A stretch of 64,000 nucleotides of DNA from Eledone cirrhosa (GCA_964016885.1 OZ024741.1:173166001-173230000); one strand, 5' to 3'; shown: positions 41,526 through 56,934, counted from the stretch's first letter. Notes: generated by a model from the letters alone, not told the origin. Numbers and translations are program-made.

Positions 41526-42042
41526 GCTTCGAGGATGAAGACTGATAAACGTAGAAAACAATGTGGGGGTTAAAGGTAAAGAATTTAAGGAAGTGTGCTG
41601 TGATAGTGAAAATGTACTTTTGACAAGTGTACGAAGAGAGGAGATATTAGGTGAAGGAAGGGAAAACAAATGAAGTTCTGGAAAGCAGAAAAGCTTTCAA
41701 GGAAACTTTATTTAAAATACTGAAGTGTATCGAGATAGAAAGTCATACCAGTGAATAAAGAAAAGAGTTCTGAAGAAAGAGACAGAGGGCACCGCGTTGG
41801 ATCAAACAATCGCAACGAGATACATCAGAAAGAATATGGATAGGAAGACATCTCGGTTACACGTAGAAAGTGTAGTGGGATAGAGGAGACGGTGATACAT
41901 TCAGCTTCTTAATGCCAAATCCATGCTGACGTTGTTGAATGGGGAAGTTGGTGTTGTTATTGTTTGCCTTGTTCCTTTTATTTTTTCCGGCCCAATTTTC
42001 GTATGAGCGAGATTTGATTCGTTTATCTTTTTACTTCTCTTT

Positions 42043-42105
<63 letters not shown>

Positions 42106-42108
42106 TAT

Positions 42109-42252
<144 letters not shown>

Positions 42253-42388
42253 TCTTGTTTCATGACCCTGCGAATCCAAAGATGAAACTCCAGATTAACA
42301 AGACTCGCTACGTAAGTATAATAAATGAATATTCAAACTCTACTTCAGTATTGAATACTCTTTTCTTTCGCCCAACAACTACATACAG

Positions 42389-42419
<31 letters not shown>

Positions 42420-42458
42420 AAACAGAAAACAAAAAAAAAAAGAAAACAAAGCAAAGTG

Positions 42459-42543
<85 letters not shown>

Positions 42544-42545
<2 letters not shown>

Positions 42546-43714
42546 CAGGTCGTAACGAAAATTCAGTCAGGTTTTTTTAAGTAAAACTTGAGTTAGACTC
42601 AAAGATGTCTAACTTCTCAATTATATTTGGAACATACCGAAATCACTGTTTCATTTTCCTTCAGATTTTGTCAGATATGTGATATACAGGGAATAATTCA
42701 ACACGAGTTGCTAGGTTATAATCAAACAATAACAGCCGATCATTATTGCCAACAGCAAAAACGTACATCATTAACATTAGTCCTCCTTTATTATGATAAT
42801 TAGTCCTCCTTTATTATGATAATCATCATCATCATTCTTCGACTATTGTCGAGATGATGAATCTCACTCTCATGCCCCAGAATTCCCTGTCCCCCATATA
42901 GTGTGGTTCCCTGAAGAACAGGAACCCTGGTGCAGTCAGTTGCGAAATCCATCATCTTTTCAAATAGCTAATAATGTGTGTGGGCGCCACTACTACACAC
43001 ATGTGAAAGAATTTGACAGCCAAGTCTTGAAGAAGGTGCTTTCTCCTCCGTGTGGTGGGTTACCCGGCGCCAGATACCAACCTGGCATTTATACCCTCGC
43101 CCTAATTGTTCGAGTTGCAAGCACTAGAGTAGTCGCTAACCAAAGCTACGGACCCACTCTAGCCGTCTGGAGATACGTTGTACTAGCTTACCAGCATACT
43201 AGTAGCAGGAAGTTGACTTTTCCGGCACTGCAGCGCCTTTCGGCGGGCCGTGCTGGTTTTGGATGGCCATTGACTCCAAGAGCTCTTAAGAGCTCCCAGG
43301 AGTTCCTTTGCCCTTTGACAAACAAAACAAAACAAAACAAAACAAATTATGATAATACTAGACCTCACACTGGACAAAAGGCCAAAGATCTCCTAGAAAA
43401 ATATATCTATGAAATTATGCTTCACCCACCATATCCCCGGACCTCGAAGATTACCATCTCTTTAGAAATTTGCAAAATTATTTGAGTAGCTTAAGACCTA
43501 CTTCAAGAGAAGAAGTCGAAAATGAGTTAGTTACCTTTTTTAGTTCAAAACCTAAAGAATTTTATAAGCGTAGCATTAAAAAGCTTGTTCACAGATGGAG
43601 AGAGGTAATAGAGCAGAATGGAGAATACATTAACGATTAAATAAATCTGATATTGTGCTTTTTATTGTTTTACTGGACCATAAAACACTGACAGAACCTT
43701 CGTTACGACCTGAT
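42544..43714 (+). mobile_element. Decayed mariner (Tc1/mariner) element with a nested retro-insert
   Basis: 16-bp perfect TIR ATCAGGTCGTAACGAA at 42544-42559 / 43699-43714; transposase remnant DNTRPH...HPPY...FFSSKPKEFYKRSIKKLVHRWREVIEQNGEY at ~43350-43640. Confidence 0.85.
42822..43320 (-). mobile_element. Non-autonomous retroelement with (TGA)n tail, sharing a 5' block with 43865-44470
   Basis: Shared GGATGGCCATTGACTC..AAGAGCTCC..TTTGCC..TTTGACA block; ATC repeats at 42822-42835. Confidence 0.55.
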
Positions 43715-43725
43715 CTCTCTCTTTC

Positions 43726-43843
<118 letters not shown>

Positions 43844-43864
43844 CATATATACATACATACATAC

Positions 43865-44470
43865 ATGGTGGCTGCCAACTCGTTTTCGAGTACGGCCACT
43901 ACTTTATATCCATGTAGGAGAACCCCTACCGATGCGCTGAACGAGTGTGACTTTTTAGTCCAGCCAGCGACTTGAAAACTCTGGTATAACACTACACCTG
44001 TGACAATTATTGACACATAGTGCTGGGCCCATGGTACCATGTGATGACAAGTGCAGAGAGATCTCCAGATACAAAGCAATGCCTGTGGCGTGAAGCTTTT
44101 ATAGTGAGCAAAGGCACTGCACAAAGCCAGTCCCACTCTCTTAATCAAGATGATATTTACCAAAAAGAAGAACAAGTCAACATCGTTGGATACCATCAGT
44201 GTTGCAGGTGTTATATCAGAGTTTTCCTTCTCCTAGAATTCTGCCTTGACAAAGGCTAAGGGGTCATCTCTCCCGGTGATTTTAGATGACCATTGACTCT
44301 TAAGAGCTCCTTTGCCATTTGACAGGTTTTGTTTTTAGTCCTGCAGGATGTCCAAAGTCCCCCTCCTCACCAAGAAACCTTGGTGGGGTTGCCAGATTAG
44401 TCGCCAACGGCCCGACCATGAGACAGGTTGTACTGGGATACATGTTACCAGTAGCACCAACTGGTGACCT
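43865..44470 (-). mobile_element. Non-autonomous bipartite RTE-like element, copy 1 (structured 5' end, C2H2-finger 3' end, (GTAT)n tail)
   Basis: 3' end translates [26 protein letters not shown]; no RT; repeated at 45002-45527. Confidence 0.7.
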
Positions 44471-45001
44471 GACATATATATACATACATATATATGCATA
44501 CATACACACATATATATACATACACATATATATACATACACATATATATATACATACACATATATATACATACACATATATATACATACACATATATATA
44601 TACATACACATATATATATACATACACATATATATATATACATATATATATATATACATATATATATACATACATACACATATATATATATATACATATA
44701 TATATACATATATATACATACACATATATATATATACATATATATATATACATATATATATACATACAGACATATATACATATATATATACATATATATA
44801 TATATATACATATACACATACATATATATACATACACATATATACATATATATATACACATACACATATACACACATATATACATATATATATACATATA
44901 TATATACACATACACATATACACACATATATTCATATATACATACAGATATATATATATACATATATATATATACAAACACATACATATATATATACATA
45001 T

Positions 45002-45527
45002 ATGGTGGCTGCCAACTCGTTTTCGAGTACGGCCACTACTTTATATCCATGTAGGAGAACCCCTACCGATGCGCTGAACGAGTATGACTTTTTAGTCCAG
45101 CCAGCAACTTGAAAACTCTGGTACAAACACTACACTTGTGACAATTATTGACACATAGTGCTGGGCCCATGGTACCATGTCACGACAAGTGCAGAGAGAT
45201 CTCCAGATATAAAGCAATGCCTGTGCCGTGAAGCTTTTATAGTGAGCAAAGGCACTGCACAAAGCCAGTCCCACTCTCTTAACCAAGATGATATTTACCA
45301 AAAAGGAGAACAAGTCAACATCATTGGATACCATCAGGGTTGTAGGTGTTATATCAGAGTTTTCCTTCTCCTGATTTTGGATGGCCATTGACTCTTAAAA
45401 GCCCCTTTTCCCTATGACAGGTTTTCTTTTTAGTCCTGCAGGATGTCCAAAGTCACCCTCTTCACCAAGAAACCTTGGTGGGGTTGCCAGTTTAGTCGCC
45501 AACGTCCCGAGCATGAGACAGGTTGTA
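45002..45527 (-). mobile_element. Non-autonomous bipartite RTE-like element, copy 2
   Basis: CSVC-x12-H-x4-H finger ([22 protein letters not shown]); diverged tandem copy of 43865-44470 with indels. Confidence 0.7.
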
Positions 45528-45561
45528 CATACATACATACATACATACATACATACATACA

Positions 45562-45613
<52 letters not shown>

Positions 45614-45655
45614 CAAAGTGTTAAAACGATCAAATTTTAGTTTAGAACATTTATT

Positions 45656-45702
45656 TGCTGACAATTGTTTCTTCCAGAGGGAAGTCTGGAATCATCGGAG
45701 CA
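45656..45702 (-). ncRNA. Type I hammerhead with U4C core (CCGAUGA), near the 3' end of an AT-rich PLE-UTR-like remnant (~45613-46660)
   Basis: Minus: TGCT-CCGATGA-TTCCAGA(cttccc)TCTGGAA-GAA-ACAATTGT-C-AGCA; all three stems perfect, GUC site. Confidence 0.75.
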
Positions 45703-46764
45703 TAGGGAATGTCGAAACATGTGACTAAAATCCTAGTCATTCAGAACATTTAGGGTACATAATTGTTGTTAGTGCATAATTGTTGTTAGGCATCATGTGG
45801 AGAGTCAGGAGTTAAAAAGAGGTTATGCTTGAGAGAACACAATTACAGGCAGCACTGGTTGAAAGTGTAAGAGGTATAAGCAAAAAGTACAGGCAAAAAA
45901 GTTATAAGCAAGGAAAAGTGATGTACAATGCAGGAGTCCATACAGTCGATAAGGCATGTCTGGGGAAAGAGTTATAATGCAGTTGAAATAAACATATTTT
46001 GTGTGGCGTGTTAAAGCATGTTATAATTGTTAGAAATGTTAGAGAGGCATGTGGTGATAATGTAGGCATTTGTTGTGAGGTGTAATGCAAAGCACGTGAT
46101 AGAGTTGGATATGTGATTTTCATTCAAGTGTTTTTGTGTTGTAGTTTGTATGTATGTGCATATGTTGTTTGTAAATCACAGCTATTAACCATGGGATTAT
46201 TTTGAGTCCTTTATAGTCAATAGGTGTTTGTTTGTTAAATGTAAATTCCACCGAATTACTGGCCATGTTGTTATTGTAGGTATATTATCTTATGCATTTT
46301 TTATCTACAAATTATCTTTTCTAGGGTTTGTATTAACCGTTATTAAGCTGTTGGTAAACCGTAAGGTTGCTTAATTTTATGAGTTTACACAGGACGTTGT
46401 AAAGGGGGTTAATAACAAAGGGAGATAATTAAGGTTGTTCATAAATTAAGGGTTGTTTTATTATTGTAGTAGAGTTATAAATTAATCTTTATAGAGTATA
46501 TAAAATATTATTGGTTGTATAATTGTTATCTTTTAAACTTATGTGGAGGGAGTTAAAAACATTTTTTTAATTATTTTATTATAACTAGATAGTTTGTACA
46601 TAGTTAATATATGTATATATAATATAAGGTATATATGTGTGTGTGAGAATGTATATATATATATATACATTTGAATTATATACATCTGAATTATTGAGCC
46701 CTCTGCCGCTCATATCGGATTTCGTTTTTCGTTAACTCGTGCGCCGATTTTTCGATACTCGATC

Positions 46765-46841
<77 letters not shown>

Positions 46842-46920
46842 TTGTGCAGAGAATGTTGAAGTTTTTTTATGACAGGATAGTGAGTTGTATAATATATACT
46901 GGAGTAATTGGTGTTATATA

Positions 46921-47304
46921 CAAAAAGTAAGGTATCCAAAGCGATGGGGACGCAGAGAGACTGTTTGTACAGCTGTTGGCAACACTGTTGTCAATGGTGC
47001 TTCCTTCACTCCCAAACAAGCATGCGCGCGCTTCGCTGGGATGCTCAATCTTGGCTTGGCAGCCGTTGAGAATGGAGCTCCCGTTGAACGCTACCGCCAA
47101 GTGCGAATTTCGCGCAGTTATTATATAGAGGGCAATCCCAAAAGTAAGGTATCCTTCCGAGGAAAACATGTGCAAAGATCGGCGGATCACTCGGGATTCT
47201 CTCTTCATTTTGGTTACTGAGGTTTCCCGAAGCACCATCCACAGGATTTTAACGGAAAAGTTGCAATATCGGAAGGAGACCTTACTTTTGGAATTGCCCT
47301 CGTA
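46921..47304 (+). mobile_element. Composite mariner-derived MITE (three TIR copies, transposase HTH fragment)
   Basis: TIR (TAC)GAGGGCAATCCCAAAAGTAAGGT at ~46921 (partial), 47126 and inverted at 47275-47304; EVSRSTIHRILTEKLQYRK. Confidence 0.75.
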
Positions 47305-47549
47305 TATATATATATATATATATATATGTTTCACGCTTTACATGGAAAAGGGGAAAGATATATATATATATATGTTTCACGCTTTACATGGAAAAGGGGA
47401 AAGATATATATATATATATAGTTCCTCTTTTCCATGTAAAGCGCGAAACTAATAAGACTTCTTGTACTTCTGTTTTGTCGTTTTCTTGAATAAAAAATAA
47501 AATATATATATTTACATAAATATATATATACATATAACACACACACACG

Positions 47550-49309
<1,760 letters not shown>

Positions 49310-49310
<1 letters not shown>

Positions 49311-49665
49311 ACTTTTCCGTTAAAATCCTGTGGATGGTGCTTCGGGAAACCTCAGGAACCAAAATGCAGAGAGCATCCAGAGTGATCCACCGATCTTTAC
49401 GCACGTTTTCCTTGGAAGGAGACTTTACTTTTGGGATTGCCCTCGTATATAATAACTGCGCAAAATTCGCACTTGGCGGTAGCGTTCAACGAGAGCTCCA
49501 TTCTCAACGGCTGCCAAGCCAAGATTGAGCATCCCAGCGAAGCGCGCGCATGCTTGTTTGGGAGTGAAGGAAGCACCAATCACAACAGTGTTGCCAACAG
49601 CAGTACGAACAGTTTCTCTGTGTCCCCATCGCTTTGGAGACCTTACTTTTGGGATTATCCTCATA
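49310..49665 (-). mobile_element. Second, inverted copy of the composite mariner MITE, fused to the PLE 5' junction
   Basis: Reverse complement of ~46921-47262 with scattered substitutions. Confidence 0.8.
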
Positions 49666-49737
49666 TATATATATATATATATATATATAAATCAAGAAAG
49701 AAGAGTGACATGATTTGCTATACAATAAGGGCTTTAT

Positions 49738-49856
49738 TCACATTACTGACAATTGTTTCTCTGAACTGATACGTCTAGAGATCGTTACCCACCTGTTTTT
49801 GCGTCAATCGATCACCAATACTTTGTTATCACCAGTCAATTCATCAGAGCATGCGA
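49738..49856 (-). ncRNA. Type I hammerhead with ~80-nt stem II domain
   Basis: Minus: GCATGCT-CTGATGA-[atTGACTGGTG...TATCAGtTCAga]-GAA-ACAATTGT-C-AGTAATGT; GUC site. Confidence 0.65.
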
Positions 49857-50462
49857 GAATGAAGGAAATACACAGGCATGGCTTCTATATATAGTAGTGG
49901 CATTAAATCAGAACAATAATAACAATACTAACAATACTCGAATAAATTAGTTAGACCGTAAATAGTTAAAATAATCATAACATCAATCTAAGTAAGACAT
50001 AGAGTATACTGATGACTTTAGCATGTAAAACGAGCTGATACGAAGCAGATGTATGAAATTGACATGTCAAAGCTGTCATAGGGTGTATTATATATAGTGT
50101 AGAGATAACCTGGGGCTTGAAACAATGGACCATTTACTTTACTGTAGGTTTGCTGACCGTAAGAATTATTTATTATCTGACAGATAAAATATTTTCATTG
50201 TAGTGAGGATGGTAATTTTTATGTGGTGTAAAGTGGATTCATTATTTAAGTGGTCTATATTAGATGAAGGGATTGTTAGTTCTAATCATGGGGTTGTTTA
50301 GCTTTCACAGCATCAATAACAAATCATGCATGGATAAGACAACAATAACATCAATATAATAGTTAATACAGAGTTAATACAGAGGTTAAGGAAGCAAGGT
50401 AATATAGAGAGAACATTATGACTACAATTACGGATACATTGGGGTGTCATTATAACAACAGC

Positions 50463-50649
50463 AAGGGCGGTGGATTGGCAGTATCGGTAGAGGGTCGGAC
50501 GCCATGCTTTCCAGCATAGTTACGTCCCTTTACGATCTGAGTTCAAATCCCGCCGAGGTTGACTTTGCCTTTCATCCTTACGGGGTCGATAAAATAAAGT
50601 ACCAGTAATGTACTGGGTAATTGCTGGCCTTGTGCCTAAAGTAGAAACA
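50463..50649 (+). mobile_element. Meta-like tRNA SINE with 14-bp TSD, nested in the PLE 3' UTR
   Basis: ATTATAACAACAGC at 50449-50462 and 50650-50663; almost identical to 14574-14750. Confidence 0.92.
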
Positions 50650-53220
50650 ATTATAACAACAGCGGGGAGGTGATATTTCAAGGACTGTGGTAGTAATCAA
50701 ATAATGTACTTGGAATTAAGTTCATCTGTTGAGAATCAAGAGTGAGGAGGTTGTGTTGACAGCAGCCGAGAAGAGATATATTTATGGGTTGATAAGATAT
50801 TTGCAGACATTACTGTGGTATAGAATTAAGGAGGCTAGAAGCTGCTTAAAGAATATTATAGTTCTGTGGTGGTCTGTGTGAGAGTGCGGATTTCATATGT
50901 TGAATGCTAAGTTATGCTGGTTCGAATCACGGTGGCTTAAATCTTGTGAATTTAGTAGCGATCCTGTGTCTACAGAAAATTGACCTTTCTATCTTGTTGA
51001 GTAGCCTTTTATCGTTCCTAAGGATATATAGCAATTCAAGGTCGCAGAGCCTACAATAGGACATACCGGTACTATATGCCCTTGCGGCCGACAACCTCGA
51101 CCAGTTGATATTGTAGTCGATGTTTCTGTCCTTAAGTTCCCAGATTTTTTTGCCGCGGGTTGTAGAACCTATTAGTGCACGGTTCTTCATCGAATGTCTG
51201 TGCACATACCATCTTTTTTTAAAAGTACCCGCGGTGGATCCAATGTAATACCAAGTGGAGTTGCCTGAGTTCACCGTACACATGCACACTAGGCTCGAAT
51301 CAAGGCACCTGTTCGCCAATGGACACCTATCTGGTAGGTGACAATTCCAGTTTGATGTGTTATTCCGTGCAGCTTCAACACGGCTGTTTTGTACACTGCT
51401 ATAAGTGGGTTGTGATTCGTGCCCGTTGAGGTTTTGCTGCGGCACGCTCGTATGCGTTTGCGATACTGTGATGTGTTTATGTTTAGAATTTGGTGCTATG
51501 TTGCGCATAGGTGGGGCGGTTTCCCTAGAGGTATTTCTGTGGTTGATCTTGCGTATGTGGGATTCTATATTTGCAGCCGTAGAGTATGAGAGTCTTATAG
51601 TTTTTCTATTGAGGATTTTATGATATCTATGTGATATAGGGAAGTGTTTATCTATTAGTTTAAAAAACGTAGAAGGCAGTCTAGTTTTTACAGAGGAGTT
51701 GAAAATTAGATTAAGCCACAGGTATTTTCTTTCTCTAATTCTTCTATAGTTTCTAGGGTTTATATTATTCGTGTTTGGACCACCTACTCTAGGTGCTATT
51801 TGCCTACCTCTATGTCTAGTCCTGTTACCTCTATTTGTGTGTGAGCGGTTGGTGTCAGTGTTAGTGGGTTTGTTTGAGTTGTCCTTATCCGTTATAAACT
51901 GCAGCTTTTCTTTGTGCCCGGCCCTATGTAATGCCGCGTTATAATAGTTAGCATGCTCATTCAAAATTTCTAGGTTTGAGGATAAGCGGGATATTCTAAG
52001 GGATATACTACGTGCTATGGATCTGATTATGGATCGGGGGTGGTTTGAATTATAACTAATGTAGGCCAGATTCTCATTATTTTTGTGGAAGGGTTCTATT
52101 AATCCCGTATTTAGATTTAGAGTCACATCTAGAAAGTTTGCCTTTTTATGATTCAGTTCGTAGGTAATACTTAGGCCTAGTTTTTTGAAGAATGTTCTAA
52201 TGTTTTTTCTTAATCTTTCTATGCTCTGGTTATTTAAGTTCCTAGCTATAAGGAGCGTGTCACCTCTATAAATCCCTCCTTGGAGGTTACTGAATTCTTT
52301 ATATCGGTTGTGAGCTATAAATAACCCCACGACGTCAGTGATTTGCGCTGAATCGTTCGATCCCATTGTGATATCGAAGCTGTTTATCCTATCTTTTCTT
52401 ATCCAATAGCTATTTTCAAATTTTATGATAGTCCTTCTAGCAGCTAGTATTATTTCAATTTCATCGGGGGTAAGGTCGGAGTTATTTTAGGCAAATATAA
52501 GCGCTTTATCTAGGGTGGCTGGGGATATGGACGCGTAGTAATCGTTTATGTCGAATTGTATGAAGTTACATGTTTCTCTATTTCCTATTTTACTGAACCA
52601 TTCAATCGCTCGTTAGTGTTACCCTATAAATTGATTTCTAGTTTTCCCTTTATTTGTGCGATTACCCTATCTAGAATATTCTTGCTAATTTTACCTATAT
52701 CCGACTTAGATGGGCATATTAATCTGATAGTAGGATTTGCTTCAAAATTTTTGTGATCCTTAAGGTTAAATGTGGGGTTGCATTGGGTTAGAGGCTATTC
52801 CGAGTTTATTTACTATCCTAAGACCCTCCTTGTTAATGCTGGTGAGTGTGGATCCATTTGTTCTTTTGTATTGTTTGTGTAGTTCACGCTGAATGAAATT
52901 ATTGTATGTGTTAAGGTCCATAGAATATACGTTTGATGTTTTGTCTGCCTTTACTATGATACCGTTGGTGTCTTTTAGTTTTCTTAGTAGTGTATTGGTG
53001 TCATTTTGTCACTCTTCTTTCTTGATTTATTATTACTCCAAGTGTAAACTACATAGAAATCACCACATACTCGCAGCATCACTATGGAAACGTCTTGTCG
53101 AGTCAAACTGAGCCAAGCGTTAATACTATCCACTACTCGGAGTACCCTAACTGGACTACATCTAAGTGGACTACCTATAACAATAATTATATATATATAT
53201 ACACACACACATATATAAAC

Positions 53221-55030
53221 AAACCTCAAGACCTCTTTAAATTTGCAAAAGAAACTGCCTCAGTACATTGCAAGATTGGGCTACTCTTCCAGAAAAATGG
53301 TTCATTAACAGAGGATCCTATGAAATAAGTGAAATACTGAATGAACAGTACAAAAGTTCACACCCCCATTGAGGCACATGCAAATGTCAAAGCCAGAGGA
53401 TTTCTTCTTTGATGCCACAACACTCCACGAAGAAATGGCGACCATCAACCATATATACCTAACGGAAGAGGATGTGGCATCCACCATATACGAAATTAGA
53501 ATAAACTCAACTGCTGGATCTGATGGATTCCCAGCAGTCCTCCTAAAAACATGTAAGCATGCCTAAGCAAACCACTAAAGATCCTCTTCAGAAGTTCTTT
53601 GGCTAGCGGTAAACTACCCAGAGAGCTAAAAGAAGGCACAATATGCCCTATCCATAAAGGAGAACCAATAACTACAGGCCAGTCTCCCTGACGTCACAAA
53701 TCAATAAGGTCATGGAACGAATCAGAAAGAAAATGATCACGTTCCTCGCGGACAATAACCGCCTAACTAGTACGCAGCATGGCTTTCGCCCTGGAAGAAG
53801 CTGCCTTACACAGCTGTTACAACACTATGACTGGGTACTGAAACTGCTGCACAGCTCACATGTGGACATGATATATCTTGAATTTGTGAAGGCCTTTGAC
53901 AAGGTGGACCATGGAATGATATGTAACAAACTACACAGACTCGGCATAACTGGAAAAGTAGGTGAGTGGCTGCATGATTTCTTAAAAGACAGAAGCCAGA
54001 AACATCAATAACAAGTAGGGCCTCAGTCCACAGTCTTAGGACCACTACTGTTTTTAGTGGCTCTCTCAGACAGCACATACAGCATCCCTCACTAGCTATG
54101 ACACAAAAGTAGCACAGGTAATCAAAAACCCGGCTGATGCTGCCCTTTTACAAGATATGGATGCCATATACAAATGGGCTGAGGATAACAACATGCAGTT
54201 TAATGCTGGAAAATTTCAAGCCCTACAATACCAACCTGCTAACACAAAGACAGTACATACAACACAGCTACACCGGACCAGCAGGGATGAAATCCCCGAG
54301 TCGAAATCGATATGAGACCTGAGGATAAACATGAGCGGCGATGCATCTTTTTCTTCACACATCATGAGGGTGGCGACAATGTGCAGACAACTCGCTAGCT
54401 GGTTCTTGAGGACATTCCGGACAAGAGACAGAGACCATGTTGATACTATGGAGGACATTTGTCCAAAGCTGCCGGAACTACTGCTCGCAGCTGTGGTCAC
54501 CCCATAGTATCAAACTAACCACAGACCATGAGGCAATCCAACAAAGCTACACCAAGAAGAGTGCCACGATGAAGGAGATGAGCTACTGGGAGAGGCTAAA
54601 AGAACTGAAACTCTACTCCTTAGAACGAAGACAGGAGAGATACGCTGTGATATACATATAGAAAATCCTGGAGGGACTAGCACCAAACTTTGGCATAGAG
54701 AGCTGGACCAACCCCCGAACAGGACATCACTGTGTGGTGCCAAAGGTCCTGTCTTTCACATCTAGAATAAGCAGATATTGTAATAGCCTGAGGTTCAAAG
54801 GCCCTCAACTCTTCAATAAGCTGCCAAGAAATTTGAGAGATCTGCATGGTGTGCACGTGGATGTTTTCAAGGAGCAGCTTGACACTCTGCTGCTATCCTG
54901 GATCCCGGATGAGCCCACAGCATTGTACGAAGGTAACCTAAGGGCAGCAGCAACGAACTCCCTCTTACAACAATGGCCAGCCTACGCAGGCTGGAGATAG
55001 AATGTGTAGCAACAAGGGCGGAACAGGTAA
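53221..55030 (+). mobile_element. Decayed CR1-group LINE (RT and 3' end)
   Basis: GSDGFPA, NYRPVSLTS, QHGFRPGRSCLTQLL, IYLEF.KAFDKVDH, YWERLKELKLYSLERRQER, GPQLFNKLP; many frameshifts. Confidence 0.88.
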
Positions 55031-55047
55031 AAGAGTATATATAATAT

Positions 55048-56790
55048 ATCATCATCATCATCATCAGGTTTAGCGTCCGTGTTCCACGCTTGCATGGGTT
55101 TGGACGGGGGTTTTCCCACTTGAGGCAAGAGTGGTTGTCTTGCTCGCATAGGACTGTCTGGCGGGTTTTCTACAGTTGGATGCCCTTCCTAACACCAACC
55201 ACATTTACAGTGTGGGGCTGGGAGGTTTTTACCGCGTTGCCTACACGGCCACATTACAGCGTGGACTGTCTGGCGGGTTTTCTACAGCTGGATGCCCTTC
55301 CTAACACTAACCACATTTACAGTGTGGGGCTGGGAGGTTTTTACCATGTTGCCTACACGGCCACATTTACAGCGTGGACTGTGTGTTTTTTTGTCGTGAC
55401 ACCTACACGATCTCATTTGTTTCGGCCTGGATGTTGTGGGACCAACATAACTTTACATTGAAAGGGGCGGTGTGGATGGGGTGTGGGTGGTGGGACGTGG
55501 GTGTATTTTGTTAGAGATGCCTACTGACTGTAGTAGGTTTTACTATGTATTTAGGTAAGGCGGGTCTTCTCTATTACTGAGTACCGACAAAGGTCTCGGT
55601 CCAGTCACATTGTCTTGGTGAGGTGTAAGTGTGTGAGGTCGGAGTTTATCAGCTCATCCCAGGTTTTTCTGGGTCTGCCTATTCCGTGGCTACCGTCTAT
55701 CTTTATTGCCCTGCACTTTGTTATACAGCTATCGTCCTTCATGCGCATTACGTGACCATACCAACGTAGCCTTCTCTCGAGTAGACATCTGATCCCTCTT
55801 ATTTCTAATTTTTTCCTTAGTTCGTTTATGCTTTGTCGTTCACGTATATTACTATTATACATCCAGCGGAGCATGCAAGCTTCGTTTCTCTCTAGTCTGC
55901 GTATATCTTCTGCACACAATGCCCAGGTCTCACTGCCATGCAACATTGCTGTTCGTATGCAGGCATCGTACAACCTGCCTTTCATTTTTAGGGAGAACCC
56001 TTTAGCGGCTAATAGTGGTATAAGCTCTCTGAACTTTTTCCACCCAGTTCTGACTCGAGCTACTGTACTTTCAGAGCACCCTCCCCCACTGCTGATTTTG
56101 TCACCCAGGTAAGGGAAGCTGTCCACTATTTCTATACAACCCTCTGCGCAGCTGAAAGAGCTAGTATTTTGTGGGCACTTGCTGCTACTTATTGCGCCGG
56201 AACACCGGCCACATGTAAAATCTATGTTCTTAGTTAGCTTACCTGTGATACCACTACATCTTTTATGCACCCAAACTTTGCATTTGGGGCACAAAATGGA
56301 GTTTCTACCTACGCCTTTCCTACACTCTGCGCATGGCCACTTCCCGGAGGGGACCGCCGCCTTATTTTCTTTCTTACAAACTAGAACTTTAGTCTTAGCC
56401 AGGTTAATTTTAAGGCCTTTTGATTCTAGGCCGTGCTTCCATGTTTGGAATTTCTTCTCTAGCTCGGCCATTGATTCAGCTATGAGCGTTAGATCATCTG
56501 CGTATAGGAGTTCCCATGGGCAGCCGGTCTTGAACTCCACTGTTATAGCCTGGAGGACAATAATAAATAGTAGGGGGCTAAGAACAGATCCGTGATGAAC
56601 ACCAACTTTTACACTAAACTCTTCACTATATTCGTTGTTAATTCTAACCTTGCTGACTGTTTCTTTATACATGGCTTGTATAGCTCTCACAAGCCATTCA
56701 TCAACACCTAGTTTTCTAAGAGCCCACCAGATAATGGAACGGGGGACTCTGTCGAAGGCCTTCTCCAAGTCGACGAAAGCTAAGTATAGG
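55048..56790 (-). mobile_element. 5'-truncated RTE-clade LINE (ORF 56768-55605) with PHD-like Cys cluster and (TGA)n tail
   Basis: FVDLEKAFDRV, GVHHGSVLSP, LLYADDL, FPYLG, LHGSETW, RLRWYGHV, GRPRKTW; 3' end CCATGCAAGCGTGGAA..GGACGCTAAAC(TGA)n; ~110-bp tandem duplication in 3' UTR. Confidence 0.93.
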
Positions 56791-56842
56791 GGTTTAATAT
56801 ATACATATACAACAGTGAGTTGAACTTACTATTATCATAGGA

Positions 56843-56891
<49 letters not shown>

Positions 56892-56934
56892 CGCACACAC
56901 GCTTCCTTTCTGTTTAATTTTTTTTTCCTTCCAA

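Larger units (their letters stand above)
49687..53030 (-). mobile_element. PLE (RT+GIY-YIG, ~52985-50927, N-part disrupted) with long 3' UTR, hammerhead and 24-bp inverted terminus
   Basis: KADKT, KDHK, MGSNDSAQITDVVGL, GIYRGD (DD mutated), FLDVTL, SNHP, C.L..CPL..CL, YYIGST..FKKRW..H, CRLC..E; 49687-49710 is the reverse complement of 53007-53030. Confidence 0.93.

Noticed and set aside
41700-42000. Possible host exon
   Set aside because: Stops in the likely frame; KCSGIEETVIH resembles a decayed L1/Tx1 C-terminal zinc finger
42266-42315. CTGCGA-ATC(caaa)GAT-GAAAC
   Set aside because: Core lacks A6 and no stem I/III can be drawn
47327-47449. Two direct copies plus one inverted copy of GTTTCACGCTTTACATGGAAAAGGGGAA
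   Set aside because: Real small fold-back in (TA)n but too short to assign; probably another truncated PLE terminus
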